From positions 22,072,001 to 22,136,000 of the forward strand of contig OX597834.1 in assembly GCA_951406725.2 (NCBI GenBank): a stretch of DNA of 64,000 nt, written 5' to 3'. This DNA is from Octopus vulgaris. Its lineage: Eukaryota. The notes below the pieces were generated by a model that made no database searches, had not been told where the DNA came from, and saw only the letters and a program-made list of their open reading frames with translations. A program made the position numbers and the translations under genes. Positions 53,758-64,000 of the stretch are shown piece after piece (within the stretch, counting starts at the first letter, position 1; the number at the start of each line of letters is the position of its first letter).

Positions 53758-54114
53758 ATAAGAGCAATCAGAGAGCGCAAACCTCCACCAAGGCAACACC
53801 AACATCCTCTCAATGATTAGCCAGAGATGTTTTGTTAAGATGAGAATATCTGAAATAAACTCAAATGTTCTCACAAATGAGAATACTAAAAATGAATCGA
53901 CCGCTCTCAAAAATTAAGTAAAAAAAACAGAAAAACAATCCAGAATCCTTGTCCAGTAACGGATTGATCCCAAAATCTAATCAGTTCGTACCAGTCACAA
54001 GGCCAAACATCCCTGAAAGTTTCATCCAAATCCATCCAGCGGTTCTTGCAATATCTTGTCCATGGACAAATAAACACGACTGAAAACAATACCTCTGCCT
54101 TTGCTAAGGCGGAG
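53758..54114. mobile_element. Helentron-associated / DINE-1-like non-autonomous element
   Basis: 'aagagcaatcagagagcgcaaacctccaccaagg' at one end and an 'acctctgcctt tgct aaggcggag' hairpin at the other (subterminal repeat plus palindrome); inserted in (AAT)n. Confidence 0.6.
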
Positions 54115-54129
54115 ATGATGATGATGATG

Positions 54130-54182
<53 letters not shown>

Positions 54183-54578
54183 CCTTTCCAATATAGGCAC
54201 AAAGCCTGAAATGTTGGGGGATGGGGGCCAGTCAATTACACCATCCCACCCAGTACACAGCTGGTGCTTTATTTTATTAACCCACGAGAGGATGAAAGTC
54301 AATGTCGATCTCAGCTGAATACAAACTCAGAACATAAAGGCAGTCGAAATGCCACAAAGCATTTTGTCCAACAGGCTTGCCATCTTTAATGATAATGTAT
54401 ATATATATATATATATATATAATTCAATACAGATAAAGGGTGAAATATAATTAATTTAATAAAATCAATAAATTTCACCTAGTAGTATTTCGGTATGGAA
54501 AAGGACCATATTCGGTAAACATTTATATAATTATAATAATAAGGGTCTTTTGCAACAAGTTGCTTAACCCACATACCG

Positions 54579-54648
<70 letters not shown>

Positions 54649-55539
54649 CATACATACATTCAACTGGCCTTTGTTCAGAGATTTTGCTTGTATTTTAGTA
54701 GAATTAAATGGATATAACTTAATGAGATAATATAACCCCTATAAAATAATCAACGAATGAATTAATTCATTTTATATAGCTACTGTTGCCAATTTTATGG
54801 CCCTTATTAACAAATGAATTAATCCATTTTATATAGCTACTGTTGCCAATTTTATAGCCCTTATTAACAAATTATCATGTGTTTGGTCAGAAATAGCTGC
54901 CAAATCTATAAATCACACCTTACATTCTTAAACAAAGGACCCTTTGGGTTATATTAGTCCCAGATACTCTTGGCATAAAAAACTGAGATGGTCTTGATCA
55001 AAATGCTGTTAAATAAGGGTTAAACAATCATGAAAGTAAGTTAGGGAGTCTACTTTGTTACTTGCTGGAAATAGCATCCAAATCTTTCAAATATCACATC
55101 CCTGACAAGAGATAAAACATTGTATGATATGATGTTAGAAATATCCCTTAAAAGACAGGAGTATGTATCCTGGAATGGTTTTGAACATAGGTCTGTCTAT
55201 TCAAAAGAAGGTTGACCTTAAAATTAAGTTAAAGCTGAAGTCTCTCTCGAGCTTACAGTTCTATTAGACTGGATCATAATCTGGTTTTCATGGAATGCAA
55301 GTGACTGTGCGCAGAAGACCCAAAACATCCACTTGCATCAGCAAGCAGACTTCATGAATGCTTAATTGATTGCCTGTGATATCATATCTGAATACTTTAG
55401 CAGAAGAGTTCATAAACATTTTGACCAACTGTCACCTGGCTTAACACCCCCACCCGTTGTTCTTGGGTGCCTTCAACTGAGTGTCCTCTTTGTTGTTGCA
55501 AATATTTGGACCAATGTTGTCCAGTTTAACACCACCACC

Positions 55540-55770
55540 TCTTTCTTTATTACCCACAAGGGGCTAAACATAGAGGGGACAAACAAGGACAGACATAGGT
55601 ATTAAGTCGATTACATTGACCCCAGTGCATAACTGGTACTTAATTTATCGACCCCGAAAGGATGAAAGGCAAAGTCGACCTCAGCAGAATTTGAACTTAG
55701 AACGTAGCGGCAGACGAAATACCGCTAAGCATTTCGCCCGGTGTGCTAACGTTTCTGCCAGCTCGCCACC
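55540..55770 (-). mobile_element. SINE family B
   Basis: Reverse complement of 10408-10638; flanking direct repeat tttaacaccaccacct. Confidence 0.88.
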
Positions 55771-56356
55771 TATTTAACACCACCACCTGGTCCTCGGGTA
55801 CCTTTAGAAGAATAGTCACCCTGTTGCAAATATTTGGGCCACCAACTGTCACCTGGCTTAAACACCCCCACAATCCGTTGACCAGGCAGCCATTACTACC
55901 TAAGCTGAATGAATTTCTGTTGCTTCTTTTCATCTTTGTCCAGTTTAACACCAATGTCCACTCTTTCTTTATTACCCACAAGGGCTTGTACAACAAATAA
56001 CTGTCTTGTGTTTGCCATCATGTGTCATTTTTCTTGTTCGTTAAGTTGTTAATTATTTCCATTACACCTCTATATCATTACACCTGTTTCATTAAAAAGT
56101 CTGTCAGTTGAATTTCATTACCATTTTCATCCATTTCCTTCATTTCATTCACTCATGGCATCAGAATACCAAATAGGGTTTTTGTGTCCCTAAAATATTT
56201 ACAATCTTTATCATTTCATCATGTATATGTGGCAGTGTATTTCTTGACCAGATATTATTTCAGGCCAGATAATGACCACATTGCTTGACTAGCTTAAAAT
56301 TTAGTTTCCAAAGTTTTTTCTTTTACTCAACAATATATATCTTTGTACTTTGATGA

Positions 56357-57345
56357 GGCAAAATTGGTAATTTTTTGAAATTTGTTGAGAAAATTAATTT
56401 TTTCATTAAGAACAATCTGTTGTTTTAGAATATGACTCTTCGTATTCTGTTACATTTATCACAGAAATGACAATATTTAAATAATTAGCTAATTCTCAAT
56501 TAAACTAAAGGAATAATTAACTAAAATCTAATTTATTTCCTAAGAATTTACAAATTTTAAGAAAATGTGAAATACTTCATTTTTAACTGTAGAACTCAAA
56601 GAAGATGAAGCCATATATACTAGCATATATGTATCGGATTAAAACCTCAATGCTTATATGCTGATATTCATAGCTCTGAAGTAGGGTGGTGAGCTGGTCA
56701 AATTGTTAGCACACCAGATGAATTACTTAGCATTCAAATTCCACTGAGGTCAATTTTGTCTTTTGTCCTTTCGGGGTCGATAAAGCAAGTAATCGACTTA
56801 ACCCCTCCTCCAAAATTGCTGGCTTTGTGCCAGAATATGAAATTATTATGAGTCGCTATAATTAAGGCAGCAGCTGGTAAAATCATTAGCATACTGGGCA
56901 AAATTGGTAATTTTTTGAAATTTGTTGAGAAAAATTGATAATTTTTTTCATTAAGAACAATCTGTTGTATGACTCTTCATATTCTGTTACATTTATCACA
57001 GAAATGACAATATTTAAATAATTAGCTAATTCTCAATTAAACAAAAAATAATTAACTAATTTATTTCATTTTCAAGAATTCTACAAATTTAATAAAATGA
57101 GAAAATTTACTTTTTGAATTTGTAGAAAAAGAATGATACCATATTTAAGATATGTTCATTATAACGAGCAAACTTATTTCTTTCTGAATAATGGTGAGCT
57201 TTCAAGAAATGTTAAATACTAGCATTCTAGGGTTTTGTCTTTCTCCTTATAAAATAATATATTTTCCTAAAAATTGCTGCTTTAATATGAATTTGTTTAA
57301 AATTAAGGCAGCATGCTAGATATTAATACTAGAAAATAGCTTAGA
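56357..57345. repeat. ~540-bp tandem duplication with a progressively degraded second copy
   Basis: 'ggcaaaattggtaattttttgaaatttgttgagaaaa' at 56357 and 56897; colinear landmarks continue to ~57340. Confidence 0.8.
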
Positions 57346-57780
57346 GGTATTTTGTTTTGCTTATGCTCAAGAATTTCCATATCTTGCTAGGTAGATTTCT
57401 TTCATATATGTTAAATTAAAAATTAATGCTGCTTTGATTAGCATATTCTAAATCAAAAAAAGAGTTGTATTTAGTTCATGTTACAGTTCTTCATTTTCCT
57501 TTTTTAGAAAACTAGTTCAAATCCTACCATTCAAATTTGCTTTCAGTCCTGCCATTGCAAATGAATCTATTAAAATGTTCTCAAAATTAAATGTTTTAGT
57601 AACCACAGAAGTTAATGACTATTTCCCTTTAATTAAATTAAGATCACACCCTGCAGATATATATATATATATATATATGTCTGTATTTCTGTATATGTAT
57701 ATATATGTCTGTGTGTTTCTGTATATGTATGTATGTATAATATATATATATATATATATGTCTGTGTGTTTCTGTATATG

Positions 57781-57823
<43 letters not shown>

Positions 57824-58005
57824 GTGTGTGTTTTTAGTAGTTTTGACTTTAAGAGTCCCTCCTAGCGTGTGGCATTTATGTGTAGTAATGCCCTCTATAT
57901 ATAAATAAATATATTTAAGTGAAAAAATTGGTGGACATTTTTCTCTTATGAGGTTTTTCACGCTGACTACTTGATAAATTCTTATAAAGATTTTATCCTA
58001 TTTTT

Positions 58006-58064
<59 letters not shown>

Positions 58065-58795
58065 TATACTTGTCTTTGCATAGTCAGGCACATTACACCA
58101 GCATTGCGCTCTTGAAATCCCATGCCACTTGGAAACCTAAGAGAAAATATATTTTGTGATATAGAATTCCATAATTAACACAAAATTTTTCCATGACTGC
58201 AACACTTCTGTATTGCAGGAATTGCTTCGACACATACACACAGGTAAATCCAGGGATATATACAACAGCATAGTTTCTCTTTTAATGTGTTATATCACTT
58301 TATATTAACTTTATTTACTATTTAATACTATTTCATAGCTTTTGCTCAAAAAAAATAGTTGAAACTTGATAATTTTGTATTTTCAAACCAAAAAATTATT
58401 ACAGTTGAAGAATATTTTTTAGTCTTTTTTTTTTAAAGATTTAAGATATTTTGAAGATCTCACATCTTTTTAATGATTTTTTTGTTTTTTAACGATAAAT
58501 CGAAATAATATCTCTTGAAACTGACAGGTATTCAAATAAAAAAAAATGACTTCAAATGTTTTTTTTCTTTCTGTTTTTTTCATCCCCTTTTCTTTTGCGT
58601 TGTCACATTCAAGGTGACAACATCCACTGCCCGAAGGAGAGAAAGGAATGGTCTAAGCAATCCTCGAAGAATCCTCTTTGAATACTCATTGACTTTTGTT
58701 ACCTATATTGCTTTTATCATCGTTATTATTATTATTTTTATTATAAATGAATTAATTTTTTTATTTTTTATTTAATGCTATGGTTGCATTTCCAG

Positions 58796-58867
58796 GCTGT
58801 CCCTATATCCTGATTTCTACTTCCATTGTCCATCCTTTGAAAACACGGAACTTTCAAAAAGTGATGG
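58796..58867 (+). CDS. Candidate 72-nt internal exon of an unknown gene
   Basis: ttgcatttccag acceptor after a T-rich tract, GG|GTGAGT consensus donor; frame-preserving; open as LSLYPDFYFHCPSFENTELSKSD or CPYILISTSIVHPLKTRNFQKVM. Confidence 0.4.
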
Positions 58868-60228
58868 GTGAGTCCTTCAGGGCCTTATAAATAAACAAAT
58901 AACAGCACATTACAGCTCTCCTTGCTAATTGCCTTTTCGATTTTGATTTTTTTTTTGTTCGTTACCCTTCATTGATGAAAGAAAACGATGAATGAGACCC
59001 TTAGACTCTTTTAATATCATCATCGGACCCTGTTCAATAACAAATCACCTTATCACTGCTTCTCTCATCACCCTCGTACATTTAAAATTTTTTCTAATTT
59101 GATTAGAGGTTTTGTTACGTTATTATTAATTTGTTCGTTTTGTTGTAATAATAATGTTATCATTATAACCTTGAGCTTTTGTTAAAAGTTTCACCGAAGA
59201 AAACCAGAAGTCATACCTAGAGCGCATCTATTGTTGGTATTGACTATTAAATCAATACATGTCATTTTAAGGTATCACTCTTTGGATTTCTAGACATTCT
59301 TTAACATTTCCCTGACATTTATTCGACCATTTTATCTATCAATGCGTACTGAACTTTATTTAGAATTAATCTTTTATATTGTTATTGCTAAAAAAAGAAA
59401 CCTTGCTTTTTATCTTGTATTTTTTTTTTTTGCTACAAATATTTTCCTTTTTTTAAAGTACAGTTGTACTCATATCGAAAAATGGTAAATATTACATGAA
59501 TCACACAGAAAGGGTTGTTGACTCAGATTAAAGTATATTTTTCCAAAATAGGGTCAGGGGAAAGACTAATGTAATCTATAACAGACATAGCAACCAGTCA
59601 CTTTGGGGGCAAGCATTTTGGTCACTTCAGCCCTTTTTGAATATACGGAAGTCCATTCACAGCTTCATAGATTCTATAACAGACATGGTGACTTTGGAGA
59701 CAGACATTTCAATCCTCTTAGCATGCTTTCACCTTTAGCACACTGAATGCAAATCATGTTACCATATGAGTTATCTCTGCTCTTAATGCAATACAACATG
59801 CCTGCAGCTATAGGCAAGAAAACTCATGGAGCAACAGTATTTGCTTTCAGCATGCTAAAGGTTAAATATACAAAAGTCCATTCACATCTTCACAGTCAAA
59901 TCACCGTTCACAAAGACTTCACTGAAATATTTCTGTACGATAAATTTAGCTTAGGTTATGCACTTTTGTTTTGTATTTTCTGTTCTTTTCAATTTATGGG
60001 CATGATCTCTTGTTGGTCGTGTGGTTCTGCAAATTTAAAAGTTTTGCATGATTTGTTGAAAAAGGATTTCAGCCAAAGAAAACTGCGTTGTTCATTACCT
60101 TGTTTAATCAACCAAAAAGTTAAAATCAAACACACACACACACAAATATATGTGAATGCACATGGTCTGTATATAAATACAGAGATAGATTATGCATGTA
60201 TGCATATTTATAAGTATATATTAGTATA

Positions 60229-60440
60229 TTTTACTCTTTTATTCTTTTACTTGTTTCAGTCATTTGACTGCGGCCATGCTAGAGCACCGCCTTTAGTCGA
60301 ATAAATCGACTCCGGGACTTATTCTTTGTAAGCCCAGTACTTATTCTATCGGTCTCTTTTGCCGAACCGCTAAGTGACAGGGACGTAAACACACCACCAT
60401 CGGTTGTCAAGCAATGCTAGGGGACAAACACAGACACAAA

Positions 60441-60515
<75 letters not shown>

Positions 60516-60671
60516 CATATATACAAGGGGCTTCTTTCAGTTTCTGTCTACCAAATCCACTCACAAGGCTTTGGTCGGCCCAGGGCTATAGTAGAAGACA
60601 CTTGCCCAAGATGCCACGCAGTGGGACTGAACCCTGAACCATGTGGTTGGTAAGCAAGCTACTTACCACAC
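60229..60671 (-). mobile_element. SINE family A
   Basis: Colinear with 8511-8920. Confidence 0.88.
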
Positions 60672-61504
60672 TGGGGTTGATGTGATCGACTAGTCTCCTC
60701 CCCAAAATTTTAGGCCTTGTGTCTTTACTAAAAAGGATTATTATTATTACTATATAGGTTATACTGTGTGGACTGGCCCTTGTTATTTAAAAATAAAATG
60801 CTAATGCATACGATATGTAAATTAGTTGCCCCAGTTCTCTGTTGTTACTGGATTTGTTGAGTATATAAACAAATTGGTTGTCTCTTTTCTGTGGGATTAG
60901 TCTAAATTGATGTAGACACCTCTGAAGAGGAACCAATAAGGTTCCAGAGTCAATTAAGGTTGCTCATCATTTTTTCAATCGATGAAGAAACAGCCATGTT
61001 TTCTGAAGAAAAACGAAAACCTTGCTCTAGCTTATGCATAAATGCACAGTTACTTGGCTGGCCCTTTCTTGTGGAGGCCCTTTTTTGTCTCAGCTGTAAT
61101 TACAGTATATTTACCTCTGGCAGTCGTCATGGTTTTTCAGGTTTTATCTACTATAAATGCTTTAATGGGTTTTATTTGTGATTCTAAATTAATGGATGTC
61201 AGAGGCAGTAGGGTGGATGTCAGAGGCAGTGGGTGGATAAATGCACTATAAAGCAAAAAGACAAGAAAAGAAAAACAAAACAGCTTATATATATTGGATA
61301 TTGAATAATTTGACAATGTATATATTTTTTGCGTTCAATGAAATGCATCGGTAAATTTTTTAGTCATATCGAATATATATAATATATATATATATATATA
61401 TAGACATAGACAGATATGTACACTCACACACAAACACATTCAATATGAACAAAACATTTCCTGTATATTGTTGAACAATATGTATATGTATGCAGCTATA
61501 TATA

Positions 61505-61541
<37 letters not shown>

Positions 61542-62379
61542 GTAGAGAGAGAGCCCATCAGAATAATATTTGCAGTTTTAATTCTTTATGTGGGAAGATA
61601 TAAAAAAGAACAAATGCTGGATTAATGGGATATAGATGTAAATAACTGACTGTTAATAATAATAATAATTATTATTATTATTATTATTATTATTATTGCT
61701 ATTATTATCATTATTGCTATTATTGAATGAGCAGCAGATATAACCTGTGGAGTATATCTTGTTTATTAATTACATGGAGAACGACATGGAAAAAATTTGC
61801 ATTTTGTTATCCTCGTTATTACTGTAGCTAGAAACTATTAATGTCATTAGTTAATTAGCTCTTGTTTAAAATGGCTAACATGCCATTTATTTCTTATTTT
61901 GTTTCTTTTGTTTTTGCTTCTTCTTTTTTTTTTTTCCTGTCATCATTCTCCTTAATGGCATTGTCATTGTCGTCATCACTGCCAGCATCATCCCAATCAT
62001 CATCATCAGCATCATCATTACTGTCTTCGTTATCATTAATAGTGATTTTAATTGTTCATTCCAAGAGTGTAATGGGTTAAACACAATTGGATCTTTTGTT
62101 TTATTCGCTTGGGAGGAGGAGGAGGATTTTTCTTTTTTTTTTTCTTTTGCTCTTTTACTGGTTTCAGTCATTAGATTATGGCCAGGCTGGGGCAACACCT
62201 TCAAGGGTACGTTCAGTTTTTTTTTTTGTTTTTTTTTTTCATTGATTATATCAATGAGTGTGTATTTATTAGTCTCCTGCTCATATTTTATCTGTTTCAG
62301 TTGAACGGTAAGTGCAACTGGGTTATGTCCCTTAAGAGAGTAGTTTCTCTTTCATTGACTACTTTCATGCTTACACAAA

Positions 62380-62613
62380 CACATATATGTCCATATCTAT
62401 CTATATGTATATATGTGTATACATATAATACATATATATATATATATATATTACACAAACACATATATGTCCATATCTATCTATATGTATATATGTGTAT
62501 ACATATAATACATATATATATATATATATATATATACATACATATATGTATATATGTGTATACACACATATATATATGTATATATGTGTATACATATATA
62601 TATATGTGTATAC

Positions 62614-62665
<52 letters not shown>

Positions 62666-62719
62666 GTGTATACATATATATATATGTATACATATATATA
62701 TATATATGTATATATGTGT

Positions 62720-62773
<54 letters not shown>

Positions 62774-62864
62774 GTGTATACATATATATATATATATGTA
62801 TACATATATATATATATATATATGTGTGTATATATGTGTATACATATATTTGTGTATATATGTA

Positions 62865-62910
<46 letters not shown>
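62380..62910. repeat. Compound (TA/TG)n microsatellite (one of many)
   Basis: Directly visible; similar tracts at 1080-1500, 3115-3260, 13190-13410, 39270-39630, 42480-42890 and 53155-53470. Confidence 0.97.
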
Positions 62911-63444
62911 GATGCAGTCATGAACATAAAGTTTGTGTGTATGTGTATACACCACTTTTTTTTTCTTGTTCAAAACTAATATCAAATGTTTGTATCATTT
63001 TTATTATTTCGTTCACATAGCTGTAATTGTTTCTCATATGCAGTCTTCATTAAAAGAAGAAAATGTATGGCTTCCTTGTAAATATTTCATTTCCATTGTT
63101 GGTATGGGTTGATTAGGTCTGTAAATATTAATACTTGCATTCACACATTACTTTCATTTCTTACATTGAACCACATTAGAAATAAATATAACATAAATTT
63201 TGAAATGAATTCTGCTTTGCACCATTTTTCTAACAGACATTCTAATTTTTGGTCACAGCTGCTGCCTTTTAAATAAATGAAAAAAAATCAACCAATTATT
63301 ATTAGTTTTACTAGTTTGGTAAACATTATAAATTCTATATTTCTATGCCTTTTAGTTTATTCTCTGCTGCTAATAATAGTTGGTTTGTTGGACAGTAGAC
63401 ACTAAATTGATATCAGAAAAAAATTCCTGATTTTTATTCAACTA

Positions 63445-63830
63445 GAGTGGCTGTGTGTTAAGTAGCTTGCTAACCAACCACATGGTTCTGGGTTCAGTCC
63501 CACTGTGTGGCACCTTGGGCAAGTGTCTTCTTCTATAGTCTCAGACCAACCAAAGCCTTGTGAATGGATTTGGTAGACAGAAACTGAAAGAAGCCCATCA
63601 TATATGTGTGCGTTCATCTATATGAGTGTATCTAAACCCCCCCCCCCATCATCGCTTGTTAACTGGTGTGTTTACATTCCCATAACTTAGCAGTTTAGCA
63701 AATGAGACTGATAGAATTAGTATCAGGTTTTTAAAAAAAAGCCCTGGGGTTAGTTTATTCGACTAAAATCCTTCGAGGTGGTGCTCCAGCATGGCCACAG
63801 TCAAATGACTGAAACAAATAACAGGACAAA
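63445..63830 (+). mobile_element. SINE family A, older copy
   Basis: Head gagtggctgtgtg...ggttcagtccc and tail gctccagcatggccacagtcaaatgactgaaaca. Confidence 0.82.
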
Positions 63831-64000
63831 AGAAGACACACACACACCTGCATGGATCAGATGGAATTCGTTCAGGTAGACAGATACTCTTCCTGTTGCC
63901 AGTTCTCTTCTGCTTTCAGTGAAAAGCCAAGGTAATAATTTCTCCGTGGCTTGAAATGTTTTCGTGGAAGGTTGAATGTGGACACCACTTGTATGATGGT

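Noticed and set aside
63920-63931. 12-nt microexon (tgctttcag|TGAAAAGCCAAG|gtaata)
   Set aside because: The region is a minus-strand copy of the repeat at ~15600-15845, so the splice-like signals are probably incidental.

Overview
AT-rich, microsatellite-dense eukaryotic DNA. The SINE repertoire and the (TA)n/(GATA)n/(AAT)n load resemble octopus (coleoid cephalopod) genomes; this is an inference. No intact protein-coding gene can be read, and almost all listed ORFs are translations of simple repeats. The window is a mosaic of tRNA-derived SINEs (at least 4 families), LINE 3' fragments (RTE-BovB, RTE, CR1, R4/Dong), non-autonomous Helitrons and a Helentron, hAT and piggyBac-type MITEs, one solo LTR and a 63-bp minisatellite. 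There is a possible promoter with a first exon near 22.7-22.8 kb and two candidate internal exons (39,039 and 58,796). The main unexplained signal is about 10 hammerhead-ribozyme-like motifs of the Penelope-like element (PLE) type. One looks intact, three form a family whose ancestor can be rebuilt by reversing CpG decay, and one is split by a CR1 insertion at its cleavage site. Several sit in fold-back inverted repeats abutting (TA)n tracts. All calls were made by eye, without alignment or database searches.
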